A stretch of DNA of 60,425 bases, filler included, from Dimargaris cristalligena (lineage: Eukaryota), in NCBI GenBank assembly GCA_003614675.1. It is 3 parts of 3 records of this genome, joined end to end, with 100 filler letters (N's around TTAATTAATTAA, not from the genome) between each part and the next. Parts side by side here need not be neighbours in the genome. Positions count along the whole stretch, not along the records: positions 20,204 to 40,264 come from ML002708.1; 2 more parts are not named here. One strand, written 5' to 3'. The position numbers and the translations under genes are program-made. Position 1 is the first letter of the stretch. Each line of letters opens with the position of its first letter. Shown here piece by piece: positions 24,901-37,690 of the stretch. The notes under the pieces were generated by a model. The model worked only from the letters and a program-made list of their open reading frames with translations, was not told the DNA's origin and did no database searches.

Positions 24901-27900
24901 TGTTCAGTCGCAATATTAATCAGTTAAACATGACACCCTTACTATACCCTTAAAGGGCATATTTGAGGTGCACCCGGATTTCCCCGCCTTTTAAAAAAGG
25001 CAAATGGGTGGGAAGGTGGAATCTAACGTGGGGCTGCCGAACTAAGTTCAAAAAAATCAAAAAAAAATCATCACCCAACCTTGCCCATCTCTGCTCGGAT
25101 CGCCCTTTAAGTAAGCGACTACTTGGTCTCTCAGGCATTGGGCGTAAATATATCCACTCATGATTGTTGAACAAAACTTAAACGTACAGTCACCCTATTT
25201 TGTTAGGATTGCCGATGCTGTCCTCATACTCGCTGCTTCAGAATATCAAGGGTGGTCAGGATAGTGGATTTAGATGCCCATGTACGGACAGGCTAACCCA
25301 AACCTAGCTTCCCCTCATCCCGCATCTCGCTCTGAACAACCGCTTACTAAAATAACCTCCCCCCTCCCTATCGCCCTTTGGGTACCCGCCCTAACCCTAA
25401 ACTCGACATCGGCAAGTGGTTATAAAAATGTAGCCGAAGGGTCCGTGATTACTTAAAGCGCACCTTACACGTCACAGGTGTATTTTGTTCAGGTGGTTGG
25501 CTAGACACGGAAGAAAATGGCGTTTATCACTCCAGTGACCACGCTTTTCCAACTCCTGTGATCCATCGTACACCCCACAGGAATAGTTGGGGCATTTTCA
25601 AACCTCTTTAAGGAGAGGGAAGAGAGAGAGAGAGAGAGTGAGAAAAGGGGGACAATGGGGGTGGAGGACGAATGGAAGGACGGTGAGGCAACACGGGTGG
25701 GGCATAAGCGGTCAAATGGGCTCGAAATATCCATAAACGTCCGGCGATGCCTCCAATGGCCAAAATGAAATCGTGGGACCAGCCTCCTCCCACCTTCCCA
25801 TGTACGTAGCCCGTTTATTGTTGACACGGTTATTAAAAGGACCGATACGGCCTGCCCACATGGACCAATGGTATGGTAGCAATCAGTATTCTAAATGAAG
25901 TATACCGTAATAGGTCACGTAGTTTAGTTTTGGATGTCCAGGAGGAGATGTGGAAGGGAGAGAGAGGAAAACATATCTTAGACCGAAGCCACAGTGTTTT
26001 ATGGCGTGGTACAAGCGGTTAAAAATAAGGCCGACAAAATTGGGACCTTCACGGCCCCATGACGCCGAAGGATCTTGGTAGGACCAGGTTGGCTGATTTT
26101 TAATCTATTCCATTGGCGATATCGCCTAATGAGCAATAGTTACCAAAGTGAGGGAGCTTTCTCAGAGTAAAAAAAAAAGAAGAGGAAGAAGGGGAAAACA
26201 TAAATAAAGTCTAGGATACCAAAGAAGTAACGAATATACAGTGATGAGTGTGATACCAAAATGCAGCTATTTAAAATGGTATTCACTTGGCTAGTACAAG
26301 ATATGAATGTGGAATGGTGGCGGGAGGGGTGACTGTACATGCGGGTTCAGGTAATGTTTATGCAGTTGACCACCTACAACCGTCACAGGTTGCCCGCAGT
26401 GACCGTTTGGGCCCCATTCTACGGTGTTTGGGGGGTATAGTATACAGTAGCCCAGAGTGGAAAGTAGCTATAGGGCACACTAGAGTGGAGTAAGTTTCAA
26501 TTGTCAGGACTGGAAATCTATTTTAGCGAATTTGGCGGAGCCGAATTTACTCTTCTCGTGGGCCTTCACGGGAAACCTAGGCGGTAAAATGGGCCCATTC
26601 GCAAAGCCTGCCCCTACTTTTCACTTTTTCCCCGCCCACCCCATTTCTGTTTCAACTAGTTGTCTATTCTAAAGCCACGTTGTGGTGCTTCCATAATCGG
26701 AAATCAATCAGGGAAAAATCTACCACGCCTGTGTACACTTTTGAATACAACATCCGCTGGCTAGTTGGGGGGGGGGGCGTGTTGTTTCAATTGAAAACTT
26801 CTGCCATAGAAAGACGATTGTTGAGTACATTGTCTGATAGAACCCTTCCCATATAGATAGAGTGAGGGGTTGGGGATGGGTAGGCCGTGAATGTACTAGG
26901 GAAACCAAACCTCTTTAACTCCAGAAAAGATATTTTATTCGGCCATCGGTGAGCATAATACGGGTGGCATGTTAGGATTTTCCGCCTGGGGGAACCGGTG
27001 GGTCCTCCGCAAATAAAGTATCCCAGGATTCGACGATAAAGGTGGGATGACTGCACAACCCTTTGGGGTTGATACATTTTATTTTCCGCATGGTTTCATA
27101 AAGTGGGTGGGCGGGGGGTACTTGGATAACAATCCTACACCTCGCTTGGATCGCTCTGGGCAAAAAATAGGACATATATCTCTAACCGTATGTATATATT
27201 AGTTGATTTGACGATCCCTGGCCGAAACAGCGGGTCCACCTTCCTGAGAAGTAATGAGTATCTAGTGGTGCTCAGATGCGGACTAGTACCCGGCCGGTGA
27301 AATTACCGAATAGGGACAAAAAAAAAGGAACGGGCGTACGTGTAAATGAGCATGAAAAGAGAAGAGTATAGGTCGCATCTCAATATTGTCTGATCATTAT
27401 AAGTTATCCTTTATTCCCAAATATTCCTACGAAGATCGGCCCCGCATATTGGATTAAGCAATTTACAAAGAGGCTGGACTGTTTGTAGGATCCAATTGTC
27501 GGTAGGTTTCACTGGCATAATGTGACGTGCGCAACCGACAGACCGGACATAGTGGATCCGATCCTTTCGACATGATTAGCTGAAGAGAGCTCGACAATCT
27601 AAGGATCACACTGGTTTAGGTCTATTTTACCACTGGAATGGTCCCCAGAGTGACATTTAGTGCAGGAATTCTCGATGTGCTGCTTACAGAAAAAAAACTG
27701 CTCAGTATTGTGAAATGTAAGGGAAGATAAGCATTATTGTTAAACATTGGAAGGCCAAGCCGGCTATTTTTGTTTGGTGCTAATGTCTTCGATTTTGGAG
27801 GAAAATATGTGGGATTTTTATTTTTCTCATTGGTAGGTATATTGTTTAGGGACTCTGATTACAGCAATATTCCATTTAAGCCGTACCGATATAGATGGGA

Positions 27901-30260
27901 AATGAATCTCTCTCTCTCTCTCTATCGATTCGATTAATGAGGGCGATGCGAATTTCACTTTTGAAAAGGAAAGAGGAGGGTTTGGGCTGAAACAGTCTAA
28001 CCGGATACACGTTTGAAAACAAAATATAAATAAGAACTGCAACACCTTTCCTCATTCCCCTTGGCACCAATGCTTTCACAATGAGTAAACATCCAAATTA
28101 AACGGCGGCGAACAGGCCACAAGTAGAAATAATGACCGTTAAAAAAGGTGGCCAATCTATCACCCTTTAGTCAGTGGTTAGTAAGCCTACCAATATTTTC
28201 CACCACTGCTTCCTCTATCTGCGGCCCACCTCTGTATCAAAACAGGACTAAATCAGGCAGATATTATAATTTTACGAGTTGGCCCTCTCTTAATTAACCA
28301 ACTACGGCTTCGCATAATCCACTCTTGTTTCTGGCCTCTAAACTCGTCTGTCGCCCACGCTTACTATATTACCCCTACCCCTCTCCTCCTCCGCCAGACG
28401 AAGTGGGACTTTGGTCTTTCCACTTTAACTGCTCTCCCAGATGGGACAACCTCCTTGTGAACCGATATATATTACCCAAATCGGGCAGTGGATTCCCTTG
28501 GGCTTGATGAGCTGCCAGCCATTAAGCACCACTCGTTCAAACATGGGGTGATCAAGCCGCCATTGTTCTTCGCCGTGGCCGTGGACTGGAATAGTTGCTT
28601 GACTTGGGCTTAGGCTTGGAATCTCAACGGTAAATCCGTTGGCCATATTCCCACCGCAAATTATAATTAAGGGTGACGACGGGGCCACAAGGGGTGAGAA
28701 TATAAAGATGGTCGAACGATGTTAACTACGCCCCGTCAGGCAATGCGGCTAATCACCACCGCTAAGGTAAACAAAAAAACACCGTCGAGTAGCAAGACGT
28801 CCAAAATTAAAGAGGGTCGGACAAATGAGGAAAGCGATATGGCATGCTGTAGATGTCCATACTGGACTTCACCCCGTAGCGGCGGTCGTTGGACAGAACG
28901 TAAGTATTTCTGGCCTACATTCTCGATAAACTCCGCTCGCACGCAGCATGCTGTTCATACATTTGCATGTCTGCTCTTAGGAGCGGAAAAGGTTAAGAAG
29001 AAAAGTGAGAGGTATGAGGGAGGGGTGTTGGGGCTGACCTACCATAAGGGCAACCCAACAAGGGTGCTGCTAATCAATCCGGGCATGGGCAAAAAATGCA
29101 CACGCACAGTAATCCATAATGATAATCGTAGCATGTTATACAGCCCGATACTCCACTCCACCCCAACCCACCTCTTACTATTCTCCCTTAAACCTGAACG
29201 TTTTTGCCTTCACTCTCCACAACTCGCGCCCGCACGCCCCACTTCTCCCACCGATATCCTCCAACACACCTTTACTTCCACACCCACATACACACATACA
29301 CCCTTGCTTCTCTAAGTATTCGCCAGTATTCACTAGTATCCACAGTGGCCGATGAGAGCCTCCGAGGTGCACTGGGCTTTCCCCGTATTCATTCCGTACG
29401 TTGACCTCATCCCCTCTCAATTCCCCAAAATGGCCATCCATACCGGGTACCAGAGTAGTTCACCCCCCCCTCATGACCCAGATAATACGGGTCTTTATCA
29501 GAAAATATCCTTAAGCTTTTGGAACAAGTTTAATAAGGGAAGGTCCGACCGGATTGCTGTACCGGAGAGCGATGGTGACCATGCCCCCACCGGTACACAT
29601 TGTTACATCTACACGGATTGTCTGCCACTGACCAGCCAGTAGACCGGCAGCCCAAGTCTTATTATCTCACTCTCTCGCACCGTTCCAATTTAGTGGATGC
29701 CATGGAGATGTGAGAAATCTATTTAAAAAAATAAAATGGACATAATAAAGAGAATCATCTATCACGTTTGTAGGGTATTAAGGGGTGGGGGTCACCAACT
29801 CAACCCCCTATTTTCCATATGTCCTACTCTCCACACCCCGTCTCAGGCCTGAAACCACTTTGGGGCCTGGTGGAACGGACCTTGCCAGGCCACCACTACC
29901 TCCTATGCAATACGGTGGATGGGATAAACTCCCACCTCCACCCAATACGAGTCAATTATACATCCTAAAAGTGGGGCAATGGTATATTGGAATGCTTTCT
30001 TTTCCGACTTTTGCGTCCATCCAGAGTCCATGTCTACGCGAGCAAATACGGTAAGACTGCTCCGCTTTTCGCCTTTCCTATTTGGTTACACGCACCCCTT
30101 TTTCTTTTACCAGTTATCTCTCGCCCGCTGTGGCAATTTCATAATGGAAGCGGATATCGTTCAATGAATTCTTTACACTGGGTGAGAAAGGAAAATCGAA
30201 TTCACACTCACGGGAAGGGAGGGTGGGCACCCCACCCCATTTCCGTTATACTACTGCTAC

Positions 30261-30333
30261 TACTACTCCTACTACTCATACTAATACTATTACTACTCCT
30301 ACTACTCATACTAATACTATTACTACTCCTACT
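30261..30333. repeat. Tandem repeat, 30-bp unit TACTACTCCTACTACTCATACTAATACTAT, about 2.4 copies
   Basis: Identical units at 30261-30290 and 30291-30320 plus a partial third copy; derived from (CTA)n. Confidence 0.9.
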
Positions 30334-31223
30334 GAGACTAGTTCGCCCAAATAACAACCATAATGTTTATGGCCAAATAAACACAGGACAGTGTATATAT
30401 GTATACACGTATATGTAGGAGAGCTGAATCTGAGGCGTCGATTTAGGGTCCTATGGGCATAACAACCCGTACATCCTCTCATTCTCCGACCCCGCCCACT
30501 CACTCCCCCCCCTACTATCTGGTTCTTTTTCCTATAAATAGGAAACCGTTGTGCCATTGCGAGTAACCTTGCATAAGTCTTCGCAGCCTATTCACACTCA
30601 TCCGATTGTCAAAGCTCCTGCAATTTGTCACTGCTTTCCCCTCCTTTCTCTCCCTCCCATTCTCCCGCTCGTCCGTACCCTCTCATATTGCATTTCCCCC
30701 TTGTCCTGCACCCTGGTCATCCTAAAGCCAGATTTATCGCTTCTTTGGGCTCTTTCCCCACCCACACACTTACCAGTTTTATTTCTATTAAAATTACTCG
30801 CACGTACACTCCATTCACTATTCTCCAGGCCCAGTTTCCCTGGCTCGCTTTTTTCCTATAGGCTTCCAACGCCTCTGCCTGTCCATTCGCACCTATTACT
30901 ATTATACTTTCCATTTTTTGGGGGGAGTAAAACCACGTTCATTACACCAGTTTCCGGTTCCCTTGGCTTTCAGAGTCGGAGTTTTACTGGGGCCCCGAGT
31001 ATTACCATCACCCCGCTACCCTGCCTCATTTTACTGGCACCAGCTGCCCTGTACCTCGCCGGTTTCTCATCACATTGGCTTTTGCAATTGGCCATATTCG
31101 ACATCTCTGATTGGACATTGTGCCTGTCGTCCTCACCCACCCGCTTTTTTCCTCACGCTTTCGGCCCCGATGATCTTTAAGCCCAGATCTGCTTCCCGTA
31201 TTGTATATCGGCACCCAGCTATT

Positions 31224-31258
31224 TCTATATAAATACCCCGTACGGGTATATATAAAAA
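31224..31258 (+). promoter_or_regulatory. Twin TATA boxes upstream of the GATA factor
   Basis: CTATATAAATA and TATATATAAAAAG flank a near-palindrome ATACCCCGTACGGGTAT and are followed by a pyrimidine-rich leader. Another CCTATAAATA lies at 30531. Confidence 0.5.
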
Positions 31259-31729
31259 GCGGCATCCCCTCCCAATTCATCTTCGGCAGACCATCCAGTG
31301 GTCGTTGTGTGTATCCCTCCCTCCCATCCATTACTACTATTGACTTCTGCGGCAGTGGTTAAACCCTGGCTAGCCTATTCTCTCCCCTGGACTCCTCCAA
31401 CCTCCCGGGATACTTTGACATTGGCAGGCCTCATTTGCCGTCGTGACTCAGCCCCCCCTTTTTACTATCGGTAGTACTGTATTCCTATATTCACCTTATA
31501 TTGCTTTCACGGACATCTCCTTCGGACTGTCATTACGTCTGACAGCCGCCATATCTATCTACATCTAGAAGGACACCTTATTATCCACTCGGTGTACTCC
31601 CCAAAATCGCATTTCCCAGCATCCTGCCGTGTGGCCGATTTAAGCAGAATCGATATCGTTTTCTGAATTTTCACCTGGCCTCTGGCAAACGAATCCGCCA
31701 CCCCCACGCATCTCATTTTTTTTCCTTTT

Positions 31730-34144
31730 ATGCTCACGACGACCGCTATTAAACGGCTACGTTTCACCCCTACGTCTGCCCTTAATTCTAACGCCCCACC
31801 CTCGACCAATTTTTTTTCTATATCCGCGTCGACATTGACATCTTCAAACTTGTCATCAACCATCGAATCGCCTCGATCGCCCACCGAACCCCACGCCCCG
31901 AATTACCCTGTCCATTCTTTCGAAGGTCCATCGACCGATTTGACGAGTACCCAACGCCCCACCGGCATGGCCGACTCTGGTATACCGCTCCCTTCCATCA
32001 CCGCCGACGCCCCTACGGATACGACGACCGCCTACGAAATCAGTGCGGTAGATCCCGTGGATTTCTCCTTGCTGCACCCGTCCTCTCCGGATTCCACCGG
32101 GCAGTACTTATCTAACTTGTTCGCCCAGACTTTCTCCACAATGGGCCATCCGGGTTCGATCTCAGGATCTGGTTCAGGTTCGGGGTTGGCGGGGCATTAC
32201 GCTCCGTCGCTATCCTATAATAGTTTGGCTGCAGAGACCGGGCCTTACGACTGGGCTTTCCATCATCAGTCCCAGTTTCAGGCCCAGGCCACGGTACCGG
32301 TACCTTCGTCTTCTTCGGTGTCGTCGTATCTGACGACCCCTCTCGTGGCCGACCCGAACTCGCCCACCCTTCCATGGCAATTTCCCCCTTCCATGCTGGC
32401 CCACCCGGGGGATGCATCGGCCCAGCAATTGGCCGGGTATTACCTGCCGGCTCCGACAGACGGGTCATGGTCCATAAATGCCAACCATTCGGCCCCTCCT
32501 CCTGCTGAATTCTGGGGCCCGGCTACCGGGAAACCGGCGGCCGAAACCACCGAATTCGGAGGGGGAAGTCATACCTTTGATTCGCCTATTAGCCCCGCCT
32601 TTCCGCCCAATTACGCCCATTATGCCTCCGCTGGACCGGCTTTCCAATACCCTACTAGTATGGTGGGCCAATCCGCATCGTTTTCCACGGCTGAGAATGC
32701 CGCCTACCCCAGCATGAACTCCACGAACTGGTTCACCAACCAGTTATACGCCCCGTGGTTGCCGTCCATGACCACCGCCACCGCCACGTCAACCAACGAT
32801 CACACCCTGCCGGCCAGTCCGCCCCACCCTATGCCGCCCTGTCCAAGTCCGAGCGGTGCCAGCCCGGAATATAATGCCGCCGGCACCAGTATGGAGGTGG
32901 ATTGTCCCCCCAATGGTCATGGTGGTAACCAACAACAGCCCCAAATGACCCGCGCCAATACCGGTCCGACAGCGAACCCCCCCAAACCCCGTGCGCGCCG
33001 ATCAACCGCATCGCCCAATGACAACGGCAATGGCACCGCCACCAACGCCCGCCGTCCCCAGGGGGGTCGTCGTGGCAAGGCCCCGGCCCTGGGCGACCTC
33101 ACTCCGCTTTCGAGTACAACTAACAACAGTCCAATGAACTTTGCTTCCTCCTCCCCCATGACGCCCATCTCGCCTAGTATTCCGTACTACAATCAACTCA
33201 CCACCCCTCCTCCGCATTCTGGTGCTGGGCTTGGAATGTCCATGAATATGGGAATGACAATGGGTATGGGTATGGGCATGGGCTGTTCTACTAATGCTTA
33301 TATGCCTCTGCTCACTACCGGTGGACCCGCTACTTTAACGGCACCCTCGCATTGCCAGCCATCCACCTCGGCAGCCGGTGCTAACCAACCGTCGGCCAAG
33401 GGCCGGACCAAGGTACTGGCGTTCCCTTCGTACAATTCCAAAGGCGAAATGAAGAAGTGCGGCAACTGCTTTGTCATTAATACCCCTAGTTGGCGTCGCA
33501 GCAAAGACGGCACCTACCTGTTGTGTAACGCTTGCGGCTTATACTACAAATTGCACAACCACGCCCGACCCTGGGAATACGGTACCAACGGCGTTCGGGT
33601 CGTACGCGGAATGGGCCGCAAATGCAAAACGGCGGCGGCGGCTAAAACGAAGGGCAAGGGCAAGGGGAAAGCCCCCACTGCTGCTGTTATTGCTGCTGCC
33701 GCTGCTGAAAGTCTGTCGGCGAAGGCCTCGGCCACCCCGACCATCAATTCCACCCAACCGAATTCCTGCTCACCCAGTACTTCCACCCCCATGGATCCGA
33801 ACCAGCTAACCAGTGCCATTAACCAAGCGGCCGCGGCCACTCCTACTATTATTGCTGCTGCTGCTGCTACTGCTACTGCTACGGTAGTGGGCACCCCGGT
33901 CGCGATGGCGATGGATGTCACCTCTCCATTGTCGACCCCGGGGTTCATTTACGAGGACGCTTCGCCCGCCAGTTCCGCCCCCCTATCCCGGTCGATTTCC
34001 TTCGAGCAGCCGACCTTACCTGGCCTGTACACCTGTCAGATGTGCGGAGCAGGGGCGGTTAGTCATACCGATATGGTGACCTTCCCCAACGGGGCTCGAG
34101 TCTGCGTCGCGTGCATTCGTCGTAGTCAGGGACAGCACCAGTAA
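31730..34144 (+). CDS. GATA-type zinc finger transcription factor (start may be ATG 31967)
   Basis: CGNC-FVINTPSWRRSKDGTYLL-CNACGLYYKLHNHARP is a CX2CX18CX2C GATA finger with a basic tail. Long S/P/T/A-rich low-complexity regions; intronless. Confidence 0.93.
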   Translation: MLTTTAIKRLRFTPTSALNSNAPPSTNFFSISASTLTSSNLSSTIESPRSPTEPHAPNYPVHSFEGPSTDLTSTQRPTGMADSGIPLPSITADAPTDTTTAYEISAVDPVDFSLLHPSSPDSTGQYLSNLFAQTFSTMGHPGSISGSGSGSGLAGHYAPSLSYNSLAAETGPYDWAFHHQSQFQAQATVPVPSSSSVSSYLTTPLVADPNSPTLPWQFPPSMLAHPGDASAQQLAGYYLPAPTDGSWSINANHSAPPPAEFWGPATGKPAAETTEFGGGSHTFDSPISPAFPPNYAHYASAGPAFQYPTSMVGQSASFSTAENAAYPSMNSTNWFTNQLYAPWLPSMTTATATSTNDHTLPASPPHPMPPCPSPSGASPEYNAAGTSMEVDCPPNGHGGNQQQPQMTRANTGPTANPPKPRARRSTASPNDNGNGTATNARRPQGGRRGKAPALGDLTPLSSTTNNSPMNFASSSPMTPISPSIPYYNQLTTPPPHSGAGLGMSMNMGMTMGMGMGMGCSTNAYMPLLTTGGPATLTAPSHCQPSTSAAGANQPSAKGRTKVLAFPSYNSKGEMKKCGNCFVINTPSWRRSKDGTYLLCNACGLYYKLHNHARPWEYGTNGVRVVRGMGRKCKTAAAAKTKGKGKGKAPTAAVIAAAAAESLSAKASATPTINSTQPNSCSPSTSTPMDPNQLTSAINQAAAATPTIIAAAAATATATVVGTPVAMAMDVTSPLSTPGFIYEDASPASSAPLSRSISFEQPTLPGLYTCQMCGAGAVSHTDMVTFPNGARVCVACIRRSQGQHQ

Positions 34145-34676
34145 TGGGTTCGCCAACCATGGCCAGCAATGCACGCCAATCGAGATGATGTCTCTCCCTC
34201 ATCACCCCCCACCCTTCACCACAGCCATTCTCCCTTCATCGCGCGCTTCCCACTTTCTCTGTTCTTTCTCTGTTTGATTACCCTTCCGGCCCGATGGAGA
34301 ATGGGATAAATTGCACTTCAACGGACAACTTGCACAATTATTTTTATATCTATCGCTATACCCCATATATCTTGCATTAACCCTTTCCCCATAGGGTTAT
34401 ATTCTTCAACCAATCAGTCATCGAGAACCCCCCACATCTGTACAAAAATTTGCTTAGCAACCCCACTTACTTGTTTATTATAGGCGATTGAAAATAGTTT
34501 AAAAACCATTACAAAGAAATATATATCTTACAATAAAAACCACTTGAAAAGTTTGGCCCATAGGAGGACCGATATTAAATAATGATAAATAGTACAATGG
34601 GTGGTACTAAACGATAAAGCTACTTCATCAAAGTCGGCCCAAAATGGGACACGTGTATATGCGTAGTGCTAATAGT

Positions 34677-35006
34677 CTAGACCTCGCCCCCGCTGTTGGG
34701 GCGCTTTAGAAGGGATTGAATGACAGGGATGCTGGAGAATGAACGCTTAGCGTTTGGGGTCCTGTAGGAATAACTGGTCCAGAAGAAATGGATGACCAGG
34801 TCCATGTTCTAACCCGAGACTCAAAATTCGGAATTCAAAGAAGAGCTCCAGTTTTAATTGTCGGGGATACTTTAACAAATAGAATGAACGTTTTGTTGAG
34901 GAAGAATGCAGCGGTGTAAATAAAAGCGAAGTGATGTAGTAGCAGTGGGGGCGCTAGTGAACTGAAGAATTTTTAATAGATTAGTAGGGCACCCTTTATA
35001 TATATA
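34677..35006 (-). other. Dispersed TATA-anchored conserved element, copy A (with 42-aa sORF 34677-34805)
   Basis: TATATAAAGGGTG (34990-35006), 26 nt, AGTTCACTAGCGCCCC (core 34953-34963), then CTCAACAAAACGTTCATTCTATTTG (34876-34900). Homologous to copies B and C. Confidence 0.7.
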
Positions 35007-36326
35007 GCCGACTTAGATTCTACCGCATGTGGGCTGGGAGTGCATGTTATGTGATAAATTCACCCCTGTTGGCTATGAAGCCTTGAAATGGCCCTGGTAG
35101 AGGGCCGAGGCAAGACCGTTGCCGATATACCTGGTTGACGACGGCAGGGACTTCGGAGGTTGAAATTGTTGGCGCTAATTGGCAGGGTCGATCATTCGTT
35201 AATGGCAAGGGTTTCTGAATGGGTGAGCCCCTGGTAGCTTTGGCACCCAGGTGTATCGTCCTCTGGCAAGGGCACTATCGTGTTGGTATTTGTCGCGCTA
35301 GCCCCAGCCACAGAATCAGAAGTAATAATGCATTTCAAATCTCGTTGGTGACACTAAACCCTGCTGAATGGGGCCTAATGTGAACATGCCTTGAAAGAAC
35401 AACGCAATTAATATCGTGTCCACTCATTTAGTTGTTGTAATATAAAGATGAAGCAATAAAACTGGAAGTAAAGGGAGTAAAGTTGCTAGAGGACGGTAGG
35501 TACCTCTAGGTGGTTAGTTTTCTTGAACAGTATAATCGGCATGGCGAATTATAAGTGGTTACAATGAGTGGTCGCAGGTTAACTAAATAAACTAACGTAA
35601 TTGGTGGAAACAGGATAGGATAATATACTCGTCAGGACATATCTTTCAACACATAGTGGTTTGCCCTAATAGCCCATTTCTTCAGCTTCACCCGCCAACT
35701 GCAAACAAGACTTACCATAAGATGCCTCATTTACCACGTCCAAATGGCTGTTTGAATGAAGTCTGACAAATAAGATCCCCTAGCTATTGGGTCGGCGAGC
35801 TCAATTATTTAGATAATTAATCCACAAGTGCGCGTAAACGCCATTTCTAACTTCATTGCGACCAGCAAGTAACCCAATGATAGGGAGCTCTACATATGAA
35901 GTAGAATTATAAAGTCGTAAATAAACGTTAGTAAAAATAGGATGGCTCACCCGTTCCCAAATAGTATTCATCCGGTATTCTTGAAGAATGGGCTGGTCAC
36001 AAGTGGCCTATTAAGTAAACCCCCAAACTAGATTCACAAACAGGGGATGGTAGATTTTATAGGCAATAAAAAAATAGAGAGAAAAATAGAACAAAATTTA
36101 AATAACCGGCAAACAAAACGCTGCTTATTGTCATTTTGTAATAGTGAGTTTTCCTGTGGTATTTTTGCAAAAATCCCACTAATAAGACATTTGAGATAAA
36201 TTTAAATGCTGAGAAGGATAACCTGTGGAGATTAGGACTCCACATCGGAGGGCCTATTTCCGTTTATTACGGTTGCTTATAGCCGCTACTATGCTAGTTG
36301 GGAGAGATTTGGGGATTGACTAGAGC

Positions 36327-37690
36327 CTAAAGAGGGATAAAGGAATTGTCCACCAGGACGGCGAGGTCTCCATTATCGTCAAAACTAATAGTGCTAGGGA
36401 TACCGTAATTATCGGGACAAAGGCCTCGGTTGGTCAGGGGGATTTCCCAGTGTCTACCCAGGGCCAGGAGATCACTGGCTGCTCCGGGTAAATTCCAGTC
36501 ATTGGCACACTGGATGAAATCGTCCAGGGAGTGTTCGTCCAGGGACCCCTGGATAACGTCCAAATACTCGCCCATATCTCTCGAAAAGCTAGCATCCGAA
36601 TCGAACAATGGGAGTTGATTCCGGAGCCCGGTGGCAATGACAACTATATACCAGACATAGACCAATTGTTCTTCTACTTCATGATCTATTTTACCGATGA
36701 AGTAGGATAAAATATCCCACTGGCGCGTCTGAATCAAAGTTATGATCAGGTTAACGGCCCAGATACGCATCATGGACAGGTCATCCCAATAAGGCCAGTC
36801 ACTTCGAAAAACAGTTGATAGTATACCAGGCATGAGCTCCTGGGGTTTGACCTGTCCCTCAATAATATGGGCTAATCCCACATCATTTACAACGATAAAA
36901 TCCAAAAATTGGCTAATAGATTCCTCGGGGCCTTGGTTAATGAGAGTGAATCCCGGAATCACGGCATGTTTTTGCTCATCCGAAAGCTGAGCAACATTAA
37001 CCCAACTTAGGTTACGAGTGGCGGTATGGCGATAGTCAGCGAGTCTGCCGATGGCTTCCGTTATTTGTTGGGCATTTAGCCCATTATCGGACCCGGCAAA
37101 GGCGGTGGAGATATTTTCAGCACTGGCCATGTACCTTAGCATGGATTGGACAATGTAGACCCGGCTCTGCATCAGTAGCGATTGAGTAGCCTCCGGAAGA
37201 TTTCCTGACGTGGGTTGGTTAGCTGCACCAGTATTATAGGCAGAAAGATCGAGAATCGAGAAGGGCTCGTTGTCAAAACTAGCGGCATTGGGGTGGGGAT
37301 ACCCGGTGTCGTCGCCCTACAGGGTAATAATGGTTCAGAGATATAGAGATATTATAATTGATGTTCATTAGGCAATGGCTATACCAAATTTTTCTACGTA
37401 GACGTCTAACAAGGACCGGGCCCTAAAGAATTCACAGCGTCGTGTACAATAAATGATCTAAAAAAGAGGGAGTGGTTCAGTATATTGTAAAGACTTACCG
37501 AAGCGTCAGTATCACTATCGTCCTTAGGCTTGTAAATGGACAATCCTCGACGTTGCAGGTGGTTGTTGGCCTGGGTAGATATCATTGGGTTATTCCAATC
37601 AGTAACTGACATCCAAGGACTCGGTAGAGCCGTCGTGGTACCGGTCAGCAGAGTAAGGCCTAAGAGGCTAAGCACGGATACCGTATACAT
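36327..37690 (-). CDS. Secreted hypothetical preproprotein, 393 aa, 2 exons (37499-37690, 36327-37316)
   Basis: Signal peptide MYTVSVLSLLGLTLLTGTTTA-LP and a propeptide ending HLQRR. Phase-0 GTAAGT donor and CTGTAG acceptor join in frame to the 281-aa ORF. TATATAAAGGG at about 37870-37881. Confidence 0.85.

Noticed and set aside
29987-30418. ORF with a poly-Leu/Ile hydrophobic stretch
   Set aside because: Product of the (CTA)n-derived 30-bp tandem repeat; no other coding signal.
30551-31180. 209-aa Leu/Pro/Ser-rich ORF
   Set aside because: GTG start and composition typical of a translated pyrimidine-rich leader or promoter upstream of the GATA gene.
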